DNA from: Eledone cirrhosa | Taxonomy: Eukaryota | Length of the DNA: 64,000 bases | Assembly: GCA_964016885.1 (NCBI GenBank) | Contig: OZ024741.1 | Span: forward strand, 316,634,001 to 316,698,000 | Direction: 5' to 3' | In this document: positions 27,201 through 40,260 of the stretch, one piece after another | Layout of the letters: each line of letters opens with the position of its first letter | How positions within the stretch are numbered: the first letter of the stretch is position 1 | Translations under genes and position numbers: made by a program | The notes under the pieces: generated by a model | The model's input: only the letters and a program-made list of their open reading frames with translations | The model's database searches: none | What the model was told of the DNA's origin: nothing

Positions 27201-28708
27201 TATATATATGTGTTTGTGTCTATATTGTATCTGTATTTTTGACCGATTGGTCAGTCAATGGCAACATTGAGGACCGAATAAAATAAAATTAACCGATATA
27301 AAAGACACAGAAGCGAAAAGCGAAAATCAACCAAACAGTGAGTGTGTTCTGTTATTAATTCTGGCAATATTACACAAATATGACCCTCCCCAAGTATAAC
27401 AATATATGCATATATATTTGCGTATAATACCAATATTCACACTACATTCTGCTAGTCATTTATAATTATTGAAAGCTGTAAATGTAATATGAACTGCTTG
27501 GACTCAAATTGCATTTTTTTTTTTTTTTTTACTATCTCTAGAACTAAATTAACCAAATGTGCCCCCCTCCCCTCTATTTAGAAATGCTTCCACCGACCCT
27601 GTATATATATATATATAATCTCAGGTCCCAAAATAATAGGGGGGAGGGGATAAGCTGAAAGTTTGGACATTTGCTTAAATTTCTATAAGCAGGGAGGAGG
27701 GGGAAATGATGGTATAGTGTACGTTTGTAAATATGTAGTATTTCTTTTAATGTTTTATTTTTGTCATATATAATGTTTTTTTAATGTAAAATAAAATTAT
27801 TAGATTCTCCAGCTGCTGTATCAATATGAATCACTTACAATAACATTTCACCGGAGATAGATTAGCAACATTTCATAAGTGGGGTGAGGTGTGAAATAAA
27901 AGCAGGGTGGGGTGTTGTGGAATAAAGGGGGGGGGGGGGTCTGGAAAATTAATATGCGGTGGGTGGGGGGTATTTTTCAAGACCTGAGAATAATTGATAG
28001 AGAGAGAGAGGGACTGGGAGAAATTGTTGTATGGTAGATATAGAGAGGGAAATAGATTGGTGTTAATAGATATCGAGAGAGGTATAATGAGAGTGTGCCG
28101 CATGGTAATTATAGAGAGTGAGAGAGTTTGATGGTAATGGATATAGAGAGAGGAATTGAGAGAGTGTTCTATGGTGGATATAAAGAGTGGGAGAGAGTAG
28201 TGATAATTTATAGAGAGAGGGGGATTGGGAGAGATAGATATAGATATAGATATAGAGAGGGGGATGGTTTGAGCCTTGTTACTTTGGAGTTTCGCCTGCG
28301 TACTCACAGGATCATCAAACAAGACTGGCGATACTGTGAGTGCCGCCCCCTCAATAATTATATATTTTCTCCCCAAACAACCAAAACACACATCTATTTG
28401 AATATGTGTTACAATTTATGTACATGTTATGTTTATCGCATATCGAAGTTTTCTAACCATTTTAGAATGCAGAGAGCTAAACTAATCACTACAACTAAAT
28501 CGACTAAATTTGGCAACCCCAATTCAGAATTGCTTCCACCGCCCCTGTATATATATATACAGTTAGATACGTGAGGTATCTCTACCAAAACAGTCACTGT
28601 ACTCACTGAATAACTATAATGTGTGCACTCTGAACCTTGAGATGCAGGTTCACAACCGCAAACCTATCGTCACATTGAGCGAGTGGGTCATGGCGACTTT
28701 CGTAAACT

Positions 28709-28740
<32 letters not shown>

Positions 28741-28824
28741 ATAAATGTATGTAATATGCATGTGTCTGTTATATACAAATGTGTGTAGTTACGTGTGTTG
28801 TATAGATATGTATGTATGCATGTT

Positions 28825-29095
28825 TAGTCACCAACGACCCGACCATGAGACAGGTTGTACTGGGATACATGTTACCAGTAGCACCAACTGGTGACCTGAC
28901 AACCGCACCAAGGTTTCTTGGTGAGGAGGGTGACTTTCGACATCTTGCAGGACTAAAAACGAAACCTGTCAAAGGGCAAAGGAGCTCTTATGAGTCAATG
29001 GCTATCCAAAATCACCGGGAGAGATGACCCCTTAGCCTTTGTCAAGGCAGAATTCTAGGAGAAGGAAAACTCTGATATAACGCCTGCAACCCTGA
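28825..29095 (+). mobile_element. Probable RTE-type 5'UTR fragment
   Basis: CTAGGAGAAGGAAAACTCTGA resembles the motif recurrent in RTE 5' regions (recalled, not searched). Confidence 0.4.
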
Positions 29096-29469
29096 TGGTA
29101 TCCAATGATGTTGACTTGTTCTTCTTTTTGGTAAATATCATCTTGGTTAAGAGAGTGGGACTGGCTTTGTGCAGTGCCTTTGCTCACTATAAAAGCTTCA
29201 CGGCACAGCCATTGCTTTATATCTGGAGATCTCTCCTCACTTGTCGTCACATGGTACCATGGGCCCAGCACTATGTGTCAGTAATTGTCACAAGTGTAGT
29301 GTTTGGACCAGAGTTTTCAAGTCGCTGGCTTGACTAAAAAGTCACACTCGTTCAGCGCATCGGTAGGGGTTCTCCTACATGGATATAAAGTAGTGGCCGT
29401 ACTCGAAAACGAGTTGGCAGCCACCATGTATGCATGTATGCATGTATGTATGTATGTATGTATGTATGT

Positions 29470-32190
29470 TCTGGTTTTATAACTTCACAAATTTTTTTCC
29501 AATAGAGAGAGAGTCGGTTTCTAACATAGACACAAGACTCTCTCATTGGAATTTACACAACATCAACTAGGTAGATTATGTATGCATGCATGTGTAGATA
29601 TAGATATTATTGTATGTGTGGATGTGTATGTTTTGAGTTGTATGTGTGCATGTGTATATGCAGTTATTAGATGCAAAATTTTTGGAATGTTTCACATATT
29701 TTTACTGTCTCATTAATGGATTGTAATTGTAATTTCCTAACTAGTTGTGTTCTTTCTATTCCCGTGAAACCTAGCTTCTCTAGATTTGCATTGAGGCAGT
29801 TAATAACATACCCCAGTGCCCCAATAATCACAGGCATAAATCTGAAGGTGTAATCAGGGTGGAGTATCTGCAGATTTCTCATCAGTTCTGCATAAATATT
29901 CTCCTTTTCGCTAATCATTGATATTATATTGGCATCTGCTGGGCAGCTAATTTCCACTACTGTGCATGCTTTCTTCTCCCTGTCCCATATCATAATATCT
30001 GGTCTGTTATGCCTGCATTTTATTGGGGTTTTTACTGGAACATTCCACCAGTACTCTTTCATATTATGTACATGGATGTCTTCCACATTGCTGTAGCTTT
30101 TAAGGGATGTCTTCCACATTGCTGTAGCTATCTTTTTTACGAACTGCATTGTACAGTGTTTTGGCCACTACATCATGCCTCATATGTAGATAGTACCATG
30201 ATGACATCTTTGGACAGCTGCTGATGACATGGGTGATATCCTCGATGTTAGTTCTGCAGAGTCTGCACTTGTTATCACATCTAGGTGTTTTGCTTACATC
30301 ACTATCTCTTTTGTGAATCAGGTATTTCGTGTTAATCTCCTGTTCTTGGATTGCAAAAGCGTATCCTTCAAAGTGGAAGCCAATATAGCGGTTGTTGGTC
30401 CAAGATAGACTACTTTCCCTATCTATATTACTCTCACTCTGGAGCTTCCTGGCAACATATCCATGCATGATTTTTTGCTGATAAGCATGCAGTTTTTCAT
30501 CCATGGATTCACTGCAATACTGCTGAGCGACAGCCCTGGGTGTGAGTTTTTGATTATCACACAGGGAATATCTCTCGAGGAGTTCCTTCCCAACTCTCAT
30601 GATCTTATCTGTTTCATGCAGATAGACTTGCTCGAGAAACGGGCTCCTACGCTTCGAGGTTCGTAGATGTTGTCGGAGAGATATGATGGGACATTCAAAT
30701 GTTGTCTGGACTGATGTTAGGCCTCTGCCTCCCTGCTTACGTTTCAAGTAAAGGCGGTCTATATCACTGTTGATGTGGAAGATTCCGGTGTTGTTTAGTA
30801 TTTTTTGAGTTCCAACATCAACCGCTCGGATCTCGTCTATCGTCTAATTGAGTATTCCAAACGTTGGTGTTAGGACAGGCACAGCAAACACATTGTGAGC
30901 CACTGTTTTGTTTTGCGCAGAGAGTTACGATGACCAGATCTTTCTTAATCGGGTGTAATATTACCTGGTTACGCGTTCTTTATTACAGATACCATTATAG
31001 GATATGTTCTCATCTAGCCCCAGATATCTGTAGCAGTCCTCATCAGATATCGGTGAAACAGTTTGGCCATTGATGAAAATGTGGCTAGATTGGGTTATTG
31101 TTTTCTCCCGCTTTACAGTCATGTATTAGCATTTATCTTGGCCAAACTCCATTCCTATATCCTTTGAGAACGTTGTAACCAGGTCAAGATTTTTCTTCAT
31201 CCCATCCATGTTCTTGGCATAGAATTTCAGATCGTCCACAAAGAAATTATGTGTTAGGTTCGTATTTCTGTCCTCCTGTGAGCCAATGATGTATCCCTCA
31301 CATTTCTTGAGCAGAAATGACAAGGGGTTTAATGACAAGATGAATAATATCACAGATTGACTGTCCCCCTGAAATATACCCCTGCAATATTTTATTTCAT
31401 CAGTGAAAATAGAGTCCTTCCTCTCTGTCTTTAACCTTAGGATAGTAGCCCAAGAAGAAGACAGCCTCTCTATGGCTCTGACAATAATGTCTGGCACTTT
31501 AGCAAGTTGGAGGGCCTCTATCATCCAAGAGTGGGGAACAGAATCGAAAGCTTTCCTGTAGTCCAGCCAGACTGTAGCCATATTCCTCCTAAGTTGTCGC
31601 ACCTCTGACATCGCAGTTTTGTTGATTGGGAGTTGTTCAGCACATCCCCAAACCCCTTTCTTTCCAGTTGCTTGTTCATCTGTGATGATGTTATTATTTT
31701 CACAGTGATCTTGGAGGAATAGGTTCAGGCAGGCTGTATACATCTTATACATCAGGTTCTGGCATGCAATGGGTCGGTAGTTTTTTGCCAAGTGGGTGTC
31801 TTTGTTCTTGGGGACCAGTAATGTTTGTGCTAATGTCAACCATTCTGCTATATATCTCCCCTAAGAACTTGTTGGTAGAGGTCAGTAAGATACCTCCGAT
31901 ACAATATCAGTTTTTTGTACTAGTAGCCGACAATCATGTCTCTTCCTGGTGTTTTCTTATCTTGGAGTTTTCCTATCACAGTCTCAAGGGTACCCTCACT
32001 TATTTCGTATGTTTTTGTTATAGTGTAGGATTTCTCTTAGCCACACTACATCTTGGTTGAAATTCTTCTTTTCACCCCATATTTTTCTCCAAAAGAAATC
32101 TGTCTTTCTGGGATGGGGCCTCAGTGACACTTATTATTTTGCCCTTCATATCTCTATAGACTGATGTTTGGTTTCGTCTGAATCTTTTAC
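29470..32190 (-). mobile_element. R4/Dong-clade LINE, 5'-truncated and disrupted (RT, CCHC, RLE, 3'UTR), flanked by (TATG)n
   Basis: YRPIAC, WLDYRKAFDSVPHSW, RGIFQGDS, FVDDLK, GGRGL, CRLC..H..C, RHD, HNRPDIMIWD..VEISCP. Confidence 0.93.
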
Positions 32191-33199
32191 ATGTATGTAT
32201 GTATGTATGTATGTATGTATGTATGTATGTATGTATGTATGTATGTATGTATGTATGTATGTATGTATGGTGTATGTGCGTTATATATACGTATTTAGTT
32301 AATATATGTATGTCAAGCTCTCAGATAACTTTCACTAAACATATTACAACACTAGTCACATATAAACTGGAATTTCCAAACCTTTCCGCATTATAAATTG
32401 TCTCTCTTTCTCTTTCTATTCCTGTCTTTCTGTCTCTCTGACTGTTTGTCTGCCAGCCTCTCTTTCTCTCTCACTGTCTCTCTCTCTCTTTCTCTTCATC
32501 ATCTACATCCTCTGTCATTTTACATCATGGCTAATAATATCAACAACAGCATCAGCAGTAGCAGCAGTAGCAGCAGTAGTAGTAGTAGTTGTGATGTTGG
32601 GCGGGGTGAGGGTGATGGGATGGGGAAGATGAGGGAGTGTATTCTGATTGGGGACGGGGTGATAGGGTAGCTAACCAAAACACAATACACTATATTAAAA
32701 TTGTTCAGAAATTTAGTGTAGAAACAATAAGTTCCACACTATCGCCACAATGGGATGAGATGCTGCCACATAGGAAGGGTCAGGTGTGCCAAATTAGGGA
32801 GGGACTACATTAAGGTTTCCAGGGCGGGGGGATGTTTTATAGAGTCTACACTGCTCCCATCCGTGGATTTCATGTTCTGCATTCAATCTTACTGCGTGGC
32901 ATCTTGTATAAGTGTATTTACCATTGTCTCAGATCATCCGGAACTTTGTAAGTAATAATGAGTAGACGGAAACTGTGTGGAAGCCCGTCGGAATGATTAG
33001 TTCAAAGTTCCAGCCTTATTACATGCAGTATCACGATATTTAGTTTGGGAATTACGTTAAGGGTACACATGTCTAAGGAACACTCAAACACTTTTATATT
33101 AATTCACGAAATGGATGTCCTGTTAAATGAACAACTGAATATTCATGTTTGAAATCGCCGTAGAAACCAACATTAACTAAAAAAGTTAACGTCAATGGG

Positions 33200-33580
33200 C
33201 CCATCATTGAAGTATCTTCAGTTAGGGAAACAGTTTTCTTGCCTTCAACATTTATTTTCGCCAAATTCCATCGGTACATTAGTTGAAAATTATGTTATTA
33301 GCTCCAGCTGTTTCGCAGTAGTTTAGATATCTCCAAGTATGAATCTTTAGATCGTCAACAGAGAAGCCGTGGGTTACATTAGTATAATTTGCTGTTGTAA
33401 AGACGCTACCATATAACACATAGCTATTGGGGTCTTTTTGTAAAATATACGACAGTGGGTTCTGTGCCAAAGTAAACAAAAACATAGACAAACTGTCTCC
33501 TTCGAATGTTCCACGTACAATATTTATAACCTCGGAGACAGCCATTCTGCTTTCAGCGCCAATTCTAAGAATTGTTGACC
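33200..33580 (-). mobile_element. Old R4/Dong-like RT fragment
   Basis: RGTFEGDSLSMFLFTLAQNPLS..THGFSVDDLK. Confidence 0.75.
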
Positions 33581-33665
33581 GGATTTTTTTTACCTTTAGA
33601 TTACGACATCTAGGGCATAATTACTTTTCAAGAATGTTTCTTTTTTTTTTAATATGGTCTGAGGG

Positions 33666-33879
33666 TTAGCCCTTTTGATATGAAACCGCCTGAAACTGCC
33701 CTGTGTTCTACGATATATAGTTTAAGGCATGTGTATTTATCTAAAAAGCTTTCATCATGTTCCAAATACCACATTAAGAATGAGAAGGTTAGTTATATTA
33801 CAGATTCTTGAACATTTTCAAAATTATTTGAAAATCAAAGGGAGGGTTTTCATTAGAAACATGGTAACGAGAGGGTTAA
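33666..33879. mobile_element. Degenerate piggyBac-type MITE
   Basis: Ends read TTAG-CCCTTTTG and CGAGAGGG-TTAA. Confidence 0.5.
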
Positions 33880-34317
33880 ATCCTATTAGATTCGAAGGAG
33901 CACCTTCATGACATGCTATATGGCGTGTCTTAGGCATTAAAAAAAATAGTGGAGCCCATCCTTCTCCATGTCTGAAAACAACCGATTTCTTCCAGAGTGC
34001 GAGAGAAGAAGGGAGAGAGATATATAGAGAGAACTGGTACTTTATTGAGCTCGAAAGGATCAAAGATACAGTTGACATCGACGGAATTTGAAGTGAGAGC
34101 ACAGAGAGTCGGGACAACTACGGCAGAACATTCTGTCTAACGTCCTACGATTATGCTAATTCGATGTCTTCACTCAACATAGAAAAAGAAACAGAGTTAT
34201 GATGATTTTGATCGGCATAATTATAGTGGTAACTATCAAACACACATTTTTAAAGGATTCGTGTGTCAGGAAGTATTTTTGATAATTTCTATATATGTAT
34301 ATACATAGATACAATAG

Positions 34318-34670
34318 TTTCTGATTTAGGCACATGGCCAGCGATTTTTGGGGAGGGGAAGGTCGATTAAATCGACCTCGGTAAGTTACTGGTACTTTAT
34401 TTTATCGACCCCCTAACGATGAAAGGCAAAGCTAATCTCAGCGGGATTTGAACTCAGAGCGCAAAAGGCCAAAGCATGTTGTCTGACGCTCTAACGCCTC
34501 TGCCAATATACCACCCTTATATACATAAGTATAATGAGGTCAATTGTAAATCGTTAGAGCGCCGGAGAAACTGTATTGTGGTATTCGTTATGACTTTCTG
34601 TGTCTCGAATTCAAATCCCACCGCAGTTAACCTTGTCTTCGAAGGTCGATAGAGAAAATACTAGACATAA
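34318..34670. mobile_element. Two divergently oriented older SINE-A relatives (34318-34510 on -, ~34550-34670 on +)
   Basis: Share GGTACTTTATTTTATCGACCC..GAAAGGCAAAG and B-box-like sequences with the other copies. Confidence 0.75.
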
Positions 34671-35539
34671 TGGTGCATTCGTCTCTCCATCTGGCTGACA
34701 CATCCTGGATATTCAACTGAGTTGAAGGGGATATATCAGAAGGTGTCCATATCACCTGCCGGCAACATGGATACTGATTATCATTAGCAGAAGCATCGTA
34801 CATGCGTATACCACATCACCCTCGATTGTGAGTGACGACTGGAGTTTATACACACACACGCTTACACACAATGATACACAGATACACACACACACAAACA
34901 TAAACATACACAAAGACACATACACACACAGACACACACACAAAAACACATACACACGCACACATACGCACTAGCGCCACCATGTCTAAATAAACATTAG
35001 CCTTACTGAAGTTAATAGCACTTATTTCCGAATGTTCCTGGTTATTCGTTTTGTGTGTGCGTGAGTATGTGTGCGTATGCTTGTATGTTTGTGTGTGTGA
35101 GTGAATGTGTGTATGTGTGTGTGTGTGAGTGAGTGTATGTGTGTGTGTGCTTGTATGCTTTGTGTGTGTGTTTAAGTGTCCTTGAATACCTTTTCCATTG
35201 CATATCTCTCTATTTACGTACATGTAGTTGTGTGTGTGTGTGCATGTGTCTGTGTGTGTATGTGTGTCTGTGTGTGTCTGCATATGTGTGTGTGTGCATC
35301 TGTGTGCATGTGTGTATGTGTGTGTGTGCATGTATGTGTGTGTCTGTGTGTATGTGTTCGTCTATGTGTGCGTGTGTGTGTGCGTGTGTGTGTACGCGTA
35401 TGAGCGTATCTCTCTCTCTCTCTATGCCTCTGTGTGTGTGTCAGTGTGTACATTATTGCCATACAACATATGGTTATATTTATAAATGCTTGCTCGAAGG
35501 AATAGCCAAAATTGTGGAATGTCTTAAAACACTCCGTCT

Positions 35540-36030
35540 TTCCTTATCCCATATAACACTCCACTTCACCTCCCACTCGACCCTCTCTATCCCATATAAC
35601 ACTCCACCACCTACTACATCTCCCACTCGACCCTCACTATCCTATATAACACTCCACCACCTACTACATCTCCCACCCCACCGTCTCTATCCCACTACAC
35701 CTCCCACTACACCTCCCACTCCACCCTCTCTATCCACTATAACACTCCACCACCCACTACACCTCCCACTCCACCCCTTTCTATCCCATATAACACTCCA
35801 CCTCCACCCCCCACTACACCCCCTCCATCCCATATAACACTCCACCCCCCACTCCACCACCCCCATCCCATATAACACTCCACGTCCCATTCAACACTTT
35901 TTCTATTTTATATAACACCCCACCTCCCATTCCACATCTTCCTACCTCATATGACACTATACACCTCTCCAATTCTATCCTGTATAAAACTGTATCCCCC
36001 CCCCACACACACACTGCACCTCCTACTCCA
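35540..36030. repeat. Degenerate C-rich minisatellite (CCCATATAACACTCC core)
   Basis: The core recurs many times. Confidence 0.8.
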
Positions 36031-36409
36031 CTCTGACGCAATTACCCCGGGTCCCTCACAGCTTGGCACTAGCGACGGCGGTAGCAATTTGTTTGTGCCT
36101 CTCAGTTGGACTTTTTAATGTTATCCCTTTTACAATGAGAACTTTATTACTGTTGCAAAATTGATCAAATTTTCCCAACTTTAGAGACATCAGATTGTTA
36201 TCAGAACAATAAAAACGAAGTTGTAAAGAATTACATTAAAAAACTGAACCAGACAAAGGAGATAGATGACACAGGGCAGAGCTGATTGACGATATGTCAT
36301 AATACAAAAGACATGCCCATAAGTGCAAGCAGAGGCACTAAATGTAAGTGTGGTGAGACATCAGAGTCTACAGTGTTTGGCAATGGAATTAAGACAATAT
36401 AGTTAGTGT

Positions 36410-36975
36410 TTAACCCTTTAATGTTCAAACCGTCCAAAACCAGCCAGAATTCTCTACCTCTTTCTGTTGAAACTGGCTGTAACTGGTCACTCAAACTGAT
36501 GTTAAGGTATTGTTCTCAAAATATATACTTTCAAAATCTCATAGATTCGATATTATGTGAAGTAAAGCCATTACCATGAAAATATAATAATATATATAGA
36601 GTAATCATCATCATCATCATCATTTCCTTTTACGTCCGCTTTTCCCTGCTTGCAAGGGTGGGACGGGAACTGATTCTGGCTTGATTTCTACAGCTGGATG
36701 CCCTTCCTAACACCAACCTCATTTACAGTGAGTGCTGGGTGCTTTTTTGCCGTGGCACCGCCACAACCACTTTGCAGTGGAATGATATGGACCCCAGTCC
36801 CTATCATCTCATTTCTACAGCTGAGTAAACTGGAGCAATGTGAAATAAATTGTCTTGCTCAAGGAAACAACACATCACCCGGTCTGAGAATTGAATTCAC
36901 AACCTTTTGATTGCAAGGCCAATGCTCTAACCACTAAGCCATGTGCCTCCAGTAATGTGAATGCTAAAGGGTTAA
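36410..36975. mobile_element. piggyBac-type MITE copy 1, interrupted by a SINE
   Basis: TTAA-CCCTTTA ... TAAAGGG-TTAA. Confidence 0.82.
36606..36950 (-). mobile_element. tRNA-derived SINE family B with (GAT)n tail and 6-bp TSD AGTAAT
   Basis: Minus-strand A box TGGCTTAGTGG, B-box-like GAATTCAATTCT and core TCCTTGAGCAAGACA. AGTAAT occurs at 36600 and 36951. Confidence 0.85.
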
Positions 36976-36977
36976 GT

Positions 36978-37189
36978 TTAACCCTTTAGCATTCACATTA
37001 CTCTGTATTTACTATTGTATTTTCACATAAAAGGCTTTATCTCGTATAGTATCAAATCTATGAGATTTTGATTTTTTTTTTAAAACCATACATTAACGTC
37101 GGTATGAGCAGCCAGATACAGCCAGTTTGGACAGAAAGAGGTCAGAGAATTCTGGCCAGATATGGCCGGTTTAAATGATAAAGGATTAA
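36978..37189. mobile_element. piggyBac-type MITE copy 2, inverted relative to copy 1
   Basis: TTAA-CCCTTTAGCATTCACATTACT ... TAAAGGA-TTAA. The interior is the reverse complement of copy 1. Confidence 0.82.
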
Positions 37190-37789
37190 GGGAACGTTTT
37201 AGTCAAGCCGAGCTTGCGACGACCTCTTTAGTACTAGTGACACGATAAAATGCACTCAGTACATCCTGTAAATTATTAGTGTTGGTTGCCTTGATAGAAT
37301 ATACCTAGTCAACTGTGTAAAGTAGTTGTGCTGGTATGGCAAAAACAATGCTTCCAGTAAACACTTTAAAGTTAGGAAGAACATTCAAGCCAAAGAAACC
37401 AGTAATGTATGAGCAAGATAGGGTGACTCCGATATGTCTGATCACGGACTGTGACAAAACATCAAAAACATGCGAGTGAGGGAAGAGGACGGAAAATGAA
37501 GATGGCTAGACTTTTTGAATTTAATACATGCATGTATAACTATTTAATTCAAATTATTTGCAACAAGCCGACTTTAATATGTTAATTTGGGAGTTGCTGT
37601 GTATTTCTTTTGTGTGTGTATGAGCCCCTTCCCCCCATCACCACCACCAACAGAAGATAGATAGTAGATAGACAAAAGAAGATACACGGTAGAAGATAAA
37701 TGGGAGAAAATAGACGAAAGAAAATAGAAGAGAGAAGAAAGACGGAAGAAGTTAGACGGTAGAACAGGCTGAAGGAAATAGACAGTAGA

Positions 37790-39060
37790 AGATAGACAAG
37801 CGGTGATAGACGGTTGAAGATAGACTAGAGATGATAGACAAGCAATGATAGACGGTTGAAGATAGACTAGAGATGATAGACAAGCAATGATAGATGGTTG
37901 AAGATAGACTAGAGATGATAGACAAGCAATGATAGACGGTTGAAGATAGACTAGAGATGATAGACAAGCAATGATAGACGGTTGAAGATAGACGAGAGAT
38001 GATAGACAAGCAATGATAGACGGTTGAAGATAGACGAGAGATGATAGACAAGCGGTGATAGATGGTTGAAGATAGACGAGAGATGATAGACAAGCAATGA
38101 TAGATGGTTGAAGATAGACTAGAGATGATAGACAAGCAATGATAGATGGTTGAAGATAGACTAGAGATGATAGACAAGCAGTGATAGATGGTTGAAGATA
38201 GACTAGAGATGATAGACAAGCAATGATAGATGGTTGAAGATAGACTAGAGATGATAGACAAGCAATGATAGACGGTTGAAGATAGACGAGAGATGATAGA
38301 CAAGCAGTGATAGATGGTTGAAGATAGACGAGAGATGATAGACAAGCAGTGATAGATGGTTGAAGATAGACTAGAGATGATAGACAAGCAATGATAGTTG
38401 GTTGAAGATAGACTAGAGATGATAGACAAGCAATGATAGACGGTTGAAGATAGACGAGAGATGATAGACAAGCAATGATAGATGGTTGAAGATAGACGAG
38501 AGATGATAGACAAGCAATGATAGACGGTTGAAGATAGACTAGAGATGATAGACAAGCAATGATAGATGGTTGAAGATAGACTAGAGATGATAGACAAGCA
38601 ATGATAGACGGTTGAAGATAGACTAGAGATGATAGACAAGCGGTGATAGACGGTTGAAGATAGACTAGAGATGATAGACAAGCAATGATAGACGGTTGAA
38701 GATAGACTAGAGATGATAGACAAGCGGTGATAGACGGTTGAAGATAGACGAGAGATGATAGACAAGCAATGATAGACGGTTGACGATAGACGAGAGATGA
38801 TAGACAAGCAATGATAGACGGTTGAAGATAGACGAGAGATGATAGACAAGCGGTGATAGACGGTTGAAGATAGACGAGAGATGATAGACAAGCAATGATA
38901 GATGGTTGAAGATAGACTAGAGATGATAGACAAGCAGTGATAGACGGTTGAAGATAGACGAGAGATGATAGACAAGCAATGATAGATGGTTGAAGATAGA
39001 CTAGAGATGATAGACAAGCGGTGATAGACGGTTGAAGATAGACGAGAGATGATAGATAGT
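37790..39060. repeat. 42-bp tandem repeat built from three 14-mers
   Basis: GATAGACAAGCAAT-GATAGACGGTTGAA-GATAGACTAGAGAT repeated about 30 times. Confidence 0.95.
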
Positions 39061-39859
39061 AGAAGAGACAAGCGAAAAGGTGAGATAATAGACGGTAGAA
39101 GATAGATTAGAGATGATAGATGGTAGAAGCGGTGAGAGAAAATAGACGAGAGAAGTTAGGTGAGAGATAATAGACGGTAGAAGATAGAAAATCGATGATA
39201 GACGCTAGAAGATAGACAAGAGATGATAGACGCTAGAAGATAGACAAGAGATGATAGTCTAGAGGCGATAAATGGTAGAAGAGACGAGAGAAAATAGATG
39301 AGAGAAGTTAGGTGAGAGATAATAGACGGTAGAAGATAGAAAATCGATGATAGACGCTAGAAGATAGACAAGAGATGATAGTCTAGAGGCGATAAATGGT
39401 AGAAGAGACGAGAGAAAATAGATGAGAGAAGTTAGGTGAGAGATAGTAGACGGTAGAAGATAGATTGGAGATGATAGAGAAGAGATGAGAGAAAATAGAC
39501 AAGAGAAATTAGGTGAAAGATAATAGATGGTAGAAGATAGATTAGAGATGATAGAGAAGAGGTGAGAGAAGTTAGGTGAGAGTTAATGGACGGTAGACGT
39601 TAGAGGGTAGAAGATAGACTGAAATTAATAGATGTTAGAAGATAGACGTAGAAAATAGATGGTAAAAGATAGACGAGAGATGATAGATGGTAGAAGATAG
39701 ACAATAGAAGATAGACGAAAGAAGTGATGTGAAAGAGAATAGGTGAGAGAAGAGAAATGTCAGAAGAGAGACGGTAGAAAATTGATGGCAGAAAATAGGC
39801 GAGTGATGATAGATGATAGAAGATAGCTGGGAGAAGATGAATGAGAGATGAAGGGCTAT

Positions 39860-40260
39860 AGAAGATAGGCGAGAGAAGATAGGTGAGAGAAGATAGGTGA
39901 GAGAAGATAGGCGAGAGAAGATAGGTGAGAGAAGATAGGTGAGAGAAGATAGGCGAGAGAAGATAGGTGAGAGAAGATAGGTGAGAGAAGATAGGTGAGA
40001 GAAGATAGGTGAGAGAAGATAGGTGAGAGAAGATAGGTGAGAGAAGATAGGTGAGAGAAGATAGATTGTAGGAGAAAGGTGAGAGAAGATAGGTGAGAGA
40101 AGATAGGTGAGAGAAGATAGGTGAGAGAAGATAGGTGAGAGAAGATAGGTGAGAGAAGATAGGTGAGAGAAGATAGGTGAGAGAAGATAGGTGAGAGAAG
40201 ATAGGTGAGAGAAGATAGGTGAGAGAAGATAGATTGTAGGAGAAAGGTGAGAGAAGATAG
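39860..40260. repeat. 14-bp tandem repeat GATAGGTGAGAGAA
   Basis: Directly visible. Confidence 0.95.

Noticed and set aside
36880-36950. tRNA gene
   Set aside because: The A/B boxes belong to a SINE head with body, tail and TSD. There is no complete cloverleaf.
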